Source of the DNA: a virus
Lineage: Duplodnaviria; Caudoviricetes
Strand: one strand, 5' to 3'
IMG/VR virus record: IMGVR_UViG_3300046170_000320
Coordinates: 1,934 to 65,933 of that record
DNA: 64,000 nucleotides
Shown: positions 30,811-40,490 of the stretch, piece by piece
How the letters are laid out: the number at the start of each line of letters is the position of its first letter
Numbering within the stretch: the first letter of the stretch is position 1
Translations under genes and position numbers: made by a program
Notes under the pieces: model-generated
Seen by the model: the letters and a program-made list of their open reading frames with translations, nothing else
What the model was told of the DNA's origin: nothing
The model's database searches: none

Positions 30811-31089
30811 ATGACAAACAAAGAAATAGACAAACTAGCAGAGTTAATTGCAGATAAATTAATTGCTAAACAAAAAGAATATGACGAGCAGTTCCATATA
30901 GATCTGCAGGAAACAATAAGCGATAAGCTTGGTAATGTTAGGCACGTAAGTGAAGAAGAACTTTTACTTGCAGAACTTGCTAGGCTTATGACGCTATTGT
31001 CATCATATGAGAAATCAGAGCAGTTCGAAAAAGCTGCTGTAATACACGGAAAAATTAAACACATAGAAGAAAAACTAAATAACTTATGA
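30811..31089 (+). CDS. UVR (UvrB/UvrC) motif protein
   Basis: C-terminal EQFEKAAVIHGKI. Confidence 0.5.
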   Translation: MTNKEIDKLAELIADKLIAKQKEYDEQFHIDLQETISDKLGNVRHVSEEELLLAELARLMTLLSSYEKSEQFEKAAVIHGKIKHIEEKLNNL

Positions 31090-31913
31090 TAAAACCAATG
31101 CTTGCACACAAAGTCGGTAAGAAAGAAGTCGACTGGTCTGCAAAGAATTTTATACAACCAAAGCTTGACGGCGTACGTTGTATCTTTACTAAAGACGGAG
31201 CTTACTCTCGTACTGGCAAACAATTTAAAAACGTAGCTCATCTTGAAGAAGATCTTGAAGACTTCTTTAATGATAATCCTAACTCAGTTCTTGACGGTGA
31301 GCTGTATAATCACGATCTAAAGCACGATTTTGAAAAGATCATATCTTTGGTCAGAAAACAAAAACCAACTGACGAGGATCGATTTGAAGCTGGTAATCTT
31401 GTACAATACCACGTGTATGATACTATTGCTGAAGGCGTTGACTATGAAGATCGTTACAATTGGCTAAGAATAAACTTGCCTTTTGCTAGAACTATGACAC
31501 TTATTCCCAACACTACGGTTGATTGCATGGCAGAGGCTAAAACAATGCACAGTGTACACTTGGCTCAAGGCTATGAAGGCTCTATGCTACGCACAAATGG
31601 CTTTTACGAGCAAAAACGATCTTATAATCTACAAAAGTTTAAAGACTTTCATGATACCGAAGCTACAATTATTGGCTATGAAGCAGGTAAAGGCAAGTTT
31701 ACAGGTCTTATTGGCAAGTTCTTTATGCAAGACGATGATGGCAACAAGTTTGGCTGTCCAATCGGTAAAGGTTACAACTTCAAAGATCGTAAGTTTATAC
31801 TAGATAACATACATAACTATATCGGTGAGCGTGCTACGTTTACATACTTTCAACGTACAAATGCAGGTAGTTACAGACATCCGTTATTTAAAACACTTAG
31901 AAATTATGAATAG
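31086..31913 (+). CDS. ATP-dependent DNA ligase
   Basis: QPKLDGVR (motif I), LDGEL, YEGSMLR, LQKFK, OB-fold RHP. Confidence 0.92.
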   Translation: MIKPMLAHKVGKKEVDWSAKNFIQPKLDGVRCIFTKDGAYSRTGKQFKNVAHLEEDLEDFFNDNPNSVLDGELYNHDLKHDFEKIISLVRKQKPTDEDRFEAGNLVQYHVYDTIAEGVDYEDRYNWLRINLPFARTMTLIPNTTVDCMAEAKTMHSVHLAQGYEGSMLRTNGFYEQKRSYNLQKFKDFHDTEATIIGYEAGKGKFTGLIGKFFMQDDDGNKFGCPIGKGYNFKDRKFILDNIHNYIGERATFTYFQRTNAGSYRHPLFKTLRNYE

Positions 31914-32292
31914 AGATAAGCACATATGGGAAGGTTGGACAGTCGGTGACTTTATTGATGACATAGAGCCAACTTTTAATACAATACAAAGATCTGATGG
32001 TTTCTGGGATCACAACGCTGGATTTAAATCTAAGGCAGAGCTTAAAAAATGGGTTGCATCAGAGCAACCTTATTACAAAAAGCATATACCAGAGGTATAT
32101 AATTACTTTTTACAAAAGTCAGGATTATGAGCAAGTTAATATGGAAATTATATCATCAAAACATGATAAGCGAAGAAGTAGTACAAATTTTATTAGATAA
32201 ACTATATGAGTAGAATAAAGACGTATAAGCATCTACTACAAACAGATGCATTCGGAATAAGAACCAAAATTAAAAATTTTGTTAAACCAAGG

Positions 32293-32339
32293 GTGACAAA
32301 AGCCCCTAAAGGTAGTAAAGTAAGAGGCTAATGTCCTAT
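32293..32339. repeat. 47-bp quasi-palindromic site, copy 2 (covers ATG 32331)
   Basis: gtgacaaaagcccc-N18-aggctaatgtcctat. Confidence 0.85.
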
Positions 32340-32945
32340 GATAGAAACATAAAATGGTTAAATGATAAGCATGTTATTTACAGGAGAGATCCCGTGAATG
32401 ACGTGCCTACCGTTGAAACCACATTGTATAAATACTATGAAGATGGTACGCATGAGTGTTATCACTTGTTTAACAGCAAGGCTAAGATAACTACGTACAG
32501 ATCTTTGAAGTGGCATTTTTATGTTTTATATTTTCTTAATCAAGATAAAGGTTTATTACCTACGTATGTATATGAATTTATAGCTAATAAAGAAAACGGT
32601 TTTGTAACATTTTTTATAAGTGATAGAAAACTACAAGCTATGATAGATGACGTGTTGAGAAATGGTGGTGAACCACCTGTAAACAAGAAACGTAAAATAT
32701 TATTTAAAGACTATAGCGGATTAACACCTGAACAAAAAATGAGTATTGTGGGAAAATTAATTGGAAGATCAAGACGTATAGACGAAGAAGCTATTTATCA
32801 GTGCATGCTAGATTTAAATGAGTATGGCCAAAAAATTACTATAGGTCGTATTGCTGGCCTGCTTGATTGTTCAGCTCGTACTATACAAAGAAATATGTCT
32901 GATCAACTTAAGAAAGAAAAAGATTTACTAAATAAACAATTATGA
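32331..32945 (+). CDS. C-terminal HTH DNA-binding protein (possible replication initiator or regulator)
   Basis: ITIGRIAGLLDCSARTIQRNM helix-turn-helix. Confidence 0.65.
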   Translation: MSYDRNIKWLNDKHVIYRRDPVNDVPTVETTLYKYYEDGTHECYHLFNSKAKITTYRSLKWHFYVLYFLNQDKGLLPTYVYEFIANKENGFVTFFISDRKLQAMIDDVLRNGGEPPVNKKRKILFKDYSGLTPEQKMSIVGKLIGRSRRIDEEAIYQCMLDLNEYGQKITIGRIAGLLDCSARTIQRNMSDQLKKEKDLLNKQL

Positions 32946-33181
32946 TAAAATTAAAAAACAAAGTACAAGAGTTTTTATCTTTAATACCTAAAGATAAATT
33001 ACTACATTATTTTTACGGAAGTATATTGACTTTTATATTTGCTTCACTGTTTGAAATATTTGTAGTTATTTTATTAGTATTACTGATATCTATGGTTAAA
33101 GAATTATTAGACGATAAATTTTCTATTACAGATATTATATATACTATTTTACCAGCTATATTTTTAGCTTTAATAAGTTAG
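32942..33181 (+). CDS. Small membrane protein, VanZ-like
   Basis: DKLLH motif, about 3 hydrophobic segments. Confidence 0.55.
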   Translation: MIKLKNKVQEFLSLIPKDKLLHYFYGSILTFIFASLFEIFVVILLVLLISMVKELLDDKFSITDIIYTILPAIFLALIS

Positions 33182-33281
33182 ATTATGATAAGAGAATTCA
33201 ATGAATGGATGGCGAGTATCGGTAATATATATTACGCTAATAACGAGCTAATGGAAAAAGCTTTTGATAAAATAGAACAAA

Positions 33282-34038
33282 ATGAAAAAGTATAATGTAC
33301 AGAATTACATAAGATACAAAGAAGATATTAAAAAGTCTATGCCTGATGATAAGTTTTACGACTATTATACTCGTGACGAACTTATTGTTAAGTTTCTACC
33401 TCTTGTAGAAAACCTAGCACGTAAGTTTTCAACTACGCAACAGGCATCAGGGCGTTTTAAGTATTAATGATCTTATACAAATAGGTTCTGAAGGCTTAAT
33501 TAAAGCTGTAGACAAACTTGATTGGCTACAATTATCTGAGTCTGAAGACATCGAAAAAACATTAAAGTCGTTCTTTGCAAAACGAATAAAAGGCATCATT
33601 AGAAGACGTATAGACATGGCTCGTGGCGGTATGCGTATACCAGAACATAAGCTAAATGAGATACGTAAAAATCCTAAAGACAAAAAGATGGTTGAGATAT
33701 TTTTCAACAGTATGTTTTTAAGTATCGATGCACAAGTAACTAATGACGATGAAGAAAATATGATGTATCAAATAGCAGATAAATCAGAACCATACAACAT
33801 ACAAATACTTAATATTTACTTAAAAGGTTTAATGGAAAAATACCTTGATAAAAACGAATATGAAGTATTACGTATGAGCTACGGTCTTGACTGTGACAAG
33901 CACTCTGCTAATGAAATTGCAGCTAAACTTGACATCAAAGGATCAGGCGCTTATGTGCGTGTTTCTGAGCTAAAAAAGTCTGCAGTACAAACACTAATTG
34001 ATAACGTTGATCACTCGCAAGTGCTTGACTTTGTGTAA
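33282..34038 (+). CDS. Sigma-70 family sigma factor (indel near 33451)
   Basis: RDELIVKFLPLVENLARKF, DLIQIGSEGLIKAVDK (region 2), MRIP, region 4 EYEVLRMSYGL...SANEIAAKL. Confidence 0.85.
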
Positions 34039-34047
34039 GTTAGATAT

Positions 34048-34078
34048 GTAAAACATCAAATCAATGTGTAATTATATT
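34048..34078 (+). promoter_or_regulatory. Class II promoter-like motif GTAA-N16-GTAATTATATT
   Basis: Directly after the sigma gene, before the recombination/replication operon. Confidence 0.7.
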
Positions 34079-34101
34079 AATATACCAAAACAATAAACCA
34101 T

Positions 34102-34644
34102 ATGACCATAAATGAAAAGCTGGCTACAATCCAGACAAAGTTTAAATCTAAAAAATCAAGGTTTAACTCATTCGGCAAATACTACTTCAGATCAGCCGAA
34201 GACATTCTCGAAGCAACAAAACCCTATCTATTAGAGTTAGGAGTATCAGTAACGATTAATGAAGAACTAATCGCTAGTGATCCTATGCCAATACTACAAA
34301 CTAGTGCTACAGTATCAGACGGTGATAATAACATCGTAGCTACAGCTCTAGTCGGCGTAGACTTGGCTCAAAAAGGTATGCAAGTACCTCAACAGTTCGG
34401 TTCTGCTTCGAGCTACGGTAAGAAATATGCCTTAGGCAATTTATTTCTAATCGACGACACTCAAGACAGCGACGCTGTTAATACACACGGTAAAGCACCG
34501 AAAGCAAAAAACACGTTAACCTCTACAAAAGATCCAGCTTTTTCAAAAGCTAGAGCCTATTTAAAATCAGGAGGTAAGTTAGATGCTATAAAAGCTAAAT
34601 ATGCCTTATCTAAAGAAGTTGAGGCCGAATTAAATACTCTATAA
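34102..34644 (+). CDS. erf: ERF-family ssDNA annealing protein
   Basis: NSFGKYYFRSAEDIL, GSASSYGKKYALGNLF. Confidence 0.85.
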   Translation: MTINEKLATIQTKFKSKKSRFNSFGKYYFRSAEDILEATKPYLLELGVSVTINEELIASDPMPILQTSATVSDGDNNIVATALVGVDLAQKGMQVPQQFGSASSYGKKYALGNLFLIDDTQDSDAVNTHGKAPKAKNTLTSTKDPAFSKARAYLKSGGKLDAIKAKYALSKEVEAELNTL

Positions 34645-35369
34645 TGAAAGACGTATTAAAAAAGCTAGAAAATGATGAACACTATTACGGTAAATTTGGA
34701 AAACAATACCTTAGTAATTCTGATATTTCTACGTTACTTACAAATCCTTTAGCGCTTGGTCAACCATCAAAGCAAATACCAGCTTTCTTGGTTGGCGGGT
34801 ACTTTCACACGGCTATACTCGAGCCTGAAAAACTTAAGAAGTTTAAGATCATCGAGGCTAGCACTAGAAATACTAAAGCGTATAAAGAGATATCTGGTGG
34901 TGAACTATGTTTGTTACAAAGCGAAGTTGATAAGATCGAACTAATGACTGAAAAAGTATTAGCAAACGATATGTGTAGAGATCTTATCCGCGGTATAAAC
35001 GTAGAATATGAACGACCAGGTATTGCAGAGCTTGAAGGCGAGATGTGGAAAGGTAAAGCTGACATTGTAAATCATGATGAGAAATTAATCATTGATTTAA
35101 AGACAACAGCTGATCTTAACAAATTCAAGTGGTCTGCATCTAAATACAACTACGATAGTCAAGCTTATATTTACAGTAAGCTTTTTGGTTACGAGTTTGT
35201 ATTTATTGCAATAGACAAAAATACACATCAAATAGGTATATTCGATTGCTCACCGCAGTTTTATGAGAGAGGAGCTGATAAAGTTGCAAGAGCAGCAGAA
35301 CAATACCGACTATTTTTTAAATCAGAGGATTTTGATCCTCAACAATTTTTTATTAATCAAACCCTATAA
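34644..35369 (+). CDS. PD-(D/E)XK exonuclease (RecE/ExoVIII-like)
   Basis: LSNSDI, GGYFHTAILEP, KGKADI...IIDLKTT, YDSQAYIY. Confidence 0.8.
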   Translation: MKDVLKKLENDEHYYGKFGKQYLSNSDISTLLTNPLALGQPSKQIPAFLVGGYFHTAILEPEKLKKFKIIEASTRNTKAYKEISGGELCLLQSEVDKIELMTEKVLANDMCRDLIRGINVEYERPGIAELEGEMWKGKADIVNHDEKLIIDLKTTADLNKFKWSASKYNYDSQAYIYSKLFGYEFVFIAIDKNTHQIGIFDCSPQFYERGADKVARAAEQYRLFFKSEDFDPQQFFINQTL

Positions 35370-35372
35370 ACA

Positions 35373-35552
35373 ATGGCAAGAACCAGAAAAAACCAAACTA
35401 AAGTATGCAGCGTAACAGGATTAGAAACTAGCGTAAACAATTTCTACGCTAATCAAACGCATGTTAAAGCTGTAGATAATCTGCGACGTAATAGCGGTGC
35501 TACTAAAGAGCAGATGCAACGCATGTTTAATCAATTAAATTCTTACGTATAA
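35373..35552 (+). CDS. 59-aa hypothetical protein, not in the ORF track
   Basis: MARTRKNQTKVCSVTG...; fills the operon gap, TAATG coupling. Confidence 0.6.
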   Translation: MARTRKNQTKVCSVTGLETSVNNFYANQTHVKAVDNLRRNSGATKEQMQRMFNQLNSYV

Positions 35553-35860
35553 TGGCTAGTATAATTAAAGCTAGTATTAACCTTAATGAAATACCTAAAG
35601 ATAAAATTATCGTAGGTAAAAAAGGTAAATACTTACCTATAACAATAACGCTTAATGATGAGCCGGATCAGTTCGGAAATCAAGGTCCTATTGTTGTAGC
35701 TCAATCAAAAGAAGAACGTGAAACTAAAACTGCTAAAACTTACTTAGGTAATGTACAAGTAGTTTGGACTAACGGAGATAATGTTGCAACCGCGCCACGT
35801 GATGACCAACCGCAGCAAGCAGCACCAGCTGCACAACCTGTAGATGACTTACCGTTTTAA
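35552..35860 (+). CDS. Single-stranded DNA-binding protein (Bacteroidota-phage type)
   Basis: Beta-rich body, GKKGKYL, DQFGNQG; acidic DDLPF tail. Confidence 0.65.
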   Translation: MASIIKASINLNEIPKDKIIVGKKGKYLPITITLNDEPDQFGNQGPIVVAQSKEERETKTAKTYLGNVQVVWTNGDNVATAPRDDQPQQAAPAAQPVDDLPF

Positions 35861-35938
35861 TGGACGAAGAAGATTATCTAAACGTGATTACCGACGATAA
35901 TGGTAATGTGACATTAATTGAAGATTAAATTAAATTGA

Positions 35939-37645
35939 ATGCAAACAACAGAGATCAATGGATTCTTGATTGATAATTTCAATCAACACAAGCTAGAAGA
36001 AGGAAAAAAGCAGGGTATATGTCCTGTTTGTTCGCACACTAGAAAACCCAAGAATCAAAAGGCAAAATGTGCGTCTTACGATTGGGAACGGGGTCTCGGT
36101 ACTTGTCACAATTGTAATACAACTTTTCAACTACATACTTACAAACGTAAGGGCGAAACAGTAAAGGTTTATGAAAAACCTAAGTACGCTGGTACAGCTC
36201 CTACTAGTAAAATAGTTGAATGGTTTAAAACAAGAGGTATATCTCAGAAAACCCTCACTGATTTAAAAGTCGGTGAGGGATCTGAATATATGCCACAAAC
36301 CGGTAAAACCGAGAGAGCAATAAAGTTCAATTATTTTATAGGCGGTGATTTAATAAACATTAAGTACCGCGATGGAAGAAAGAACTTTAAATTATTTAAA
36401 GGTGCTGAAAAAGTATTTTATAATATTGATAGTACTGTAGGTTATGACTCTTGTGTCATAGTTGAAGGTGAAATGGACGTACTAGCTTTACATGAAGCTG
36501 GTATTACCAATGCAATATCTGTACCAAACGGCGCTACATTAAATACTAATAACTTAGATTATCTTGACAACTGTATTGATTACTTTGACGATAAAGAAAA
36601 AGTTATATTAGCTGTAGACTCAGATGAAGCAGGTCAAGCATTACAGGCAGAGCTTATAAGACGATTAGGATCTGAAGTATGCTACATAGCTACGTTTGAT
36701 GATTGTAAAGATGCTAACGAATATTTACAAAAACATGGAAAACAAAAACTGGCAGAGCGTATTGAAGGATCAAGACCGGTACCGCTTGAAAATGTCACGA
36801 CATTTAGGGACATTGAAGACGAGGTCACAGACTTTGTTCGTAACGGGTTTAAACCTGGATATCAAATTGGTTTGGAAAATTTTGACAACATCTTCTCAAC
36901 TTATACTGGTCAGTTTATTACTGTCACTGGTATTCCGAGTAGCGGCAAGTCAGATTTTGTCGATCAAATGGTTATTGGCTATAACAAAAACTATGGCTGG
37001 AAAACGGCGTTTGCTAGTCCAGAAAATGTCCCGACTTACCTTCACGCACATAAGTTAATGCGTAAGGTTTGGCAAGGTATGCCAACAGCAGCTGATATAC
37101 ACGGTGATCGTTGGAATCAAGTAGCTGATCATTGTAATACAAACTTCTTTCATATTGATATGGAACGATACACGCTAGAGTCAGTGCTTAAAAAAGGTGC
37201 TGAACTAGTTAAACGTAAAGGTATTAAATGCCTTGTTATTGATCCATTTAATAAAGTAAGAGACGTTGACTGTAAAACAGAAGATGTCAACAGGTATACA
37301 ATGGAGTACTTAACTAAAATTGAAATGTTTGCTAAAAAGTTTGACGTTTTAGTTTTTGTAGTAGCTCACCCTACTAAAATGTATAAGGACAAAGATGGTA
37401 AGATTGAAGAGCCAACAATGTACAGTATAAAAGGTGGCGGCGAATGGTACGATGCTAGTTATCATGGTTTGTTAGTTCATAGAGATTATGAAAACAAAAC
37501 TGTTAAAGCTAAAGTTCTTAAAGTTAAGTTTCAAAACCTTGGTGAGAATCAAGCTGAAGCACATTTTAAGTGGGAGCCAAAGTCTGGTTGCTTTATACCG
37601 CACGAACCTATTAATATTGGTGACGATCCAATGCCGTGGGAATAA
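35939..37645 (+). CDS. Primase-helicase (T7 gp4/Twinkle-like)
   Basis: CPVC/CHNC zinc finger, TOPRIM VEGEMD and DSDEAG, Walker A GIPSSGKS, LVIDP, VVAHP. Confidence 0.92.
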   Translation: MQTTEINGFLIDNFNQHKLEEGKKQGICPVCSHTRKPKNQKAKCASYDWERGLGTCHNCNTTFQLHTYKRKGETVKVYEKPKYAGTAPTSKIVEWFKTRGISQKTLTDLKVGEGSEYMPQTGKTERAIKFNYFIGGDLINIKYRDGRKNFKLFKGAEKVFYNIDSTVGYDSCVIVEGEMDVLALHEAGITNAISVPNGATLNTNNLDYLDNCIDYFDDKEKVILAVDSDEAGQALQAELIRRLGSEVCYIATFDDCKDANEYLQKHGKQKLAERIEGSRPVPLENVTTFRDIEDEVTDFVRNGFKPGYQIGLENFDNIFSTYTGQFITVTGIPSSGKSDFVDQMVIGYNKNYGWKTAFASPENVPTYLHAHKLMRKVWQGMPTAADIHGDRWNQVADHCNTNFFHIDMERYTLESVLKKGAELVKRKGIKCLVIDPFNKVRDVDCKTEDVNRYTMEYLTKIEMFAKKFDVLVFVVAHPTKMYKDKDGKIEEPTMYSIKGGGEWYDASYHGLLVHRDYENKTVKAKVLKVKFQNLGENQAEAHFKWEPKSGCFIPHEPINIGDDPMPWE

Positions 37646-37900
37646 ATGGCATGGGCTAAAAAGATAAGCATGGGTACATACGTAGCGTCAGAGTTAGAAT
37701 TAGAAGCTTATAGATGGTGTATAAGAAATAAAATATATATTGCACCAAAAGCTATTAACGAAACGCGATGGTCTGTTGTTATAACAAACAACGGTAGAAC
37801 ACATGAAGATCCTAGTCATTATATTAAAGGTTTGATATGGGAGAAGATTTACGAATATTATAAATACTATTATGAAAAACACATTTCACAACGCAGATGA
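37646..37900 (+). CDS. Hypothetical protein
   Basis: 84 aa in operon. Confidence 0.5.
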   Translation: MAWAKKISMGTYVASELELEAYRWCIRNKIYIAPKAINETRWSVVITNNGRTHEDPSHYIKGLIWEKIYEYYKYYYEKHISQRR

Positions 37901-38513
37901 AGCATATGAAGCTTTACTTGACGAGGTTGTTATAAACGGTATAGAGTTTGATGGCACGCAGGCTATATTTAACTGCGGCTTTTATATAACAAACCCTGAA
38001 GACAACCACATTAAAAACAAACAGCGTAACTGGAGTTTAGAATATGCTGAAGCTGAATGGCAATGGTATTTGTCTGGTGATCCTAGCATTGATAAGCTTG
38101 GTGAGCTGTATGGTAAAATACCACCGATATGGGAGCGTATGGCTGATGCCGATCGTAACGTCAATAGTAATTACGGTTACCAGTGGAAGCGTAAAGCTCA
38201 AATAGACTATGTCTGTGCAAAGCTTAAAACAAACCCTAACACACGTCACGCAGCAATTAGTATATACGACGGTAAAGAATATGATAAATACAAGACAGAT
38301 ACGCCTTGTACTTACGCAGTTCAGTTTACAATTATAAACGATGAGCTGTGTATGTCCGTCTATATGCGTTCTAATGACATCTGGTACGGTTTCTGTAATG
38401 ATCAGTATCAATTTTCATCATTGCAAAAAATGATTGCTTACAGACTGAATTTAAAAATAGGTTGGTATTACCACCACGCGCACAACATGCACTTATATAA
38501 CGATAAATTATAA
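37872..38513 (+). CDS. Thymidylate-synthase-fold enzyme, dCMP hydroxymethylase-like
   Basis: DTPCT catalytic Cys, MRSNDIWYGFCND, NMHLY; only 213 aa. Confidence 0.75.
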   Translation: MKNTFHNADEAYEALLDEVVINGIEFDGTQAIFNCGFYITNPEDNHIKNKQRNWSLEYAEAEWQWYLSGDPSIDKLGELYGKIPPIWERMADADRNVNSNYGYQWKRKAQIDYVCAKLKTNPNTRHAAISIYDGKEYDKYKTDTPCTYAVQFTIINDELCMSVYMRSNDIWYGFCNDQYQFSSLQKMIAYRLNLKIGWYYHHAHNMHLYNDKL

Positions 38514-38515
38514 TT

Positions 38516-39304
38516 ATGTATTATTTATACCACATACCTGGTAAAAAGATCGGTGTTACACGTGATCTTAATACCAGAGTTACCCTTATGCAAGGCTATA
38601 AGGAGAATGAGTATGAAGTTCTTGAACAGTCAGACGATATAGATTATATATCAGACCGTGAAATAGAACTTCAAAAGTCTTACGGCTATAAGGTCGATAG
38701 AAAACTATATAAAAACTTATTTAAAAATATGAATATAAACGCAACACAGCAAACCTCGACTTTCCCTTGTCCAGTTAATAAATTAAAAGGACAATTACAC
38801 GATAACATAGGTCTTACTTGGCATACGGAATTTGGCCAGTTTGAAATTACCAAACGAAATATTCCGTGGATAATGGCTAACGTTAAAGAGTCAATGTATA
38901 ACAGTAATAGATGTTATGTATATAATAAAGCTTTTTACGAAGCATTTTTTAATCCTCATCACACACCGCAGACTGAGCTTAAATACGATACTAGTGTAGA
39001 TAAATTACCAACTCGTTTTGATCTTATAAGATTTTGGGCAAAAGACAGAGGCTTGTACGATAAAGGCAACCCACATACTCAGTACGTTAAACTACAAGAA
39101 GAAGCTGGAGAGTTAGCACAGGCGATACTGAAACAAGATAAACCTGAAATACAAGATGCTATAGGCGATATGGTTGTAGTACTTACAAACTTAGCACACT
39201 TAGAAGGTTTTACTATTGAAGACTGTATTGATGCAGCTTACACAGAAATAGCTATGCGTAAGGGATCAATGGTTAATGGAACATTTGTAAAAGAAACATT
39301 ATGA
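38516..39304 (+). CDS. GIY-YIG-like N-terminus fused to a MazG-like NTP pyrophosphatase
   Basis: YYLYHIPGKKIGVTRDLNTRV; KLQEEAGELA...DAIGDMVVVL...YTEIAMRKG. Confidence 0.75.
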   Translation: MYYLYHIPGKKIGVTRDLNTRVTLMQGYKENEYEVLEQSDDIDYISDREIELQKSYGYKVDRKLYKNLFKNMNINATQQTSTFPCPVNKLKGQLHDNIGLTWHTEFGQFEITKRNIPWIMANVKESMYNSNRCYVYNKAFYEAFFNPHHTPQTELKYDTSVDKLPTRFDLIRFWAKDRGLYDKGNPHTQYVKLQEEAGELAQAILKQDKPEIQDAIGDMVVVLTNLAHLEGFTIEDCIDAAYTEIAMRKGSMVNGTFVKETL

Positions 39305-39657
39305 AGATAGATACTAAAGACGAAATAGTACTAGCAGTACTTAAGAAAATGGATCAACGCAGTATAATTGGTCAAAAAAAGTATGGAGCTACAATGATGC
39401 AAGAGATCGAAGGTCAAGAAAAAGATCTTAATCGTTTCTTAGTCGACGTACAAGAAGAACTAATGGATGCTTTGCTATACATAGAAGCTGCTAAACGTTG
39501 TTTGACTGATGAGATTGAACAAGCTATGATTAATAGGAATAACATCATTGGTCAAAACGGTAATGACGGTTTACACTATGATGAAGATCATGCTTTAGAT
39601 TTAGTTTTAAACGATATGGTCAAAGACATTGAAGTAGATGAAGAGGAAACCTTATAA
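39301..39657 (+). CDS. Putative all-alpha NTP-pyrophosphatase-like protein
   Basis: RSIIGQKKYG...VQEELMDALLY. Confidence 0.5.
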   Translation: MKIDTKDEIVLAVLKKMDQRSIIGQKKYGATMMQEIEGQEKDLNRFLVDVQEELMDALLYIEAAKRCLTDEIEQAMINRNNIIGQNGNDGLHYDEDHALDLVLNDMVKDIEVDEEETL

Positions 39658-40096
39658 ACGTAAACGTAAACGCGGGCCAGTACAGTCAAAGAAAGTATCA
39701 TATGATGGTATTAACTTTGCATCTGGCCTTGAGCGTTATATGTATATGGCTTTGAAAAATGCAAAAATCAAATCTAAATACGAAGGAGAAACTTTTGTTT
39801 TATTAAATGGTTTTCATTTTGAAAACGAAGTATATGAACGATGCGCTAATGGTAAAGGTGATTACAAAAATAGAGGTTGCAAACGCATATTACCTATAAA
39901 GTATACACCTGATTTCATCGGCGATGGTTTTATTATAGAAACAAAAGGTAGAGCTAATGAATCATTTCCAATGCGTTGGAAGTTGTTTAAACAGCTAGTC
40001 ATGAGACAGTTTCCAAACACAACGTTATATAAACCACAAAATCAAAAAGAATGCGACGAGACAGTAAAAATAATCCTTTCGAAGCTAAAAGGATAG
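39638..40096 (+). CDS. T7 endonuclease I-like junction resolvase
   Basis: FASGLE...YTPDF...IIETKG. Confidence 0.75.
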   Translation: MKRKPYKRKRKRGPVQSKKVSYDGINFASGLERYMYMALKNAKIKSKYEGETFVLLNGFHFENEVYERCANGKGDYKNRGCKRILPIKYTPDFIGDGFIIETKGRANESFPMRWKLFKQLVMRQFPNTTLYKPQNQKECDETVKIILSKLKG

Positions 40097-40490
40097 CTAG
40101 ACAGAAGTATGCTGAGCGTCAGATCGATAAGTGGTGGCAATGGAGTTGGGAAGCGCGAGGCAAAGTAAAATATAAAGAACTAATAGAAATACAAGATAGA
40201 TATGGGATCAAATGTTATTGATTATGTTTTAGCTAAATATCCTAAGACATTTAAAGATAAAGAAATAATAGTAAATGAAAATGATGCTTGTTATTTTGTA
40301 TCAACAAACAAAGATGAATCACCTTTAATATTAAGTAAAAAAATATGAGCAAGCAGAAAAAACAATGGAGCCTGTCAATAGGTACTTATCCAGGCTTATT
40401 AGTCGGTATAAGATCATACGAAGAAGAAACACAGACAACACACGTTATTTATTTACCGCTAATTGACATAGCATTAGAGATATATAAGTA

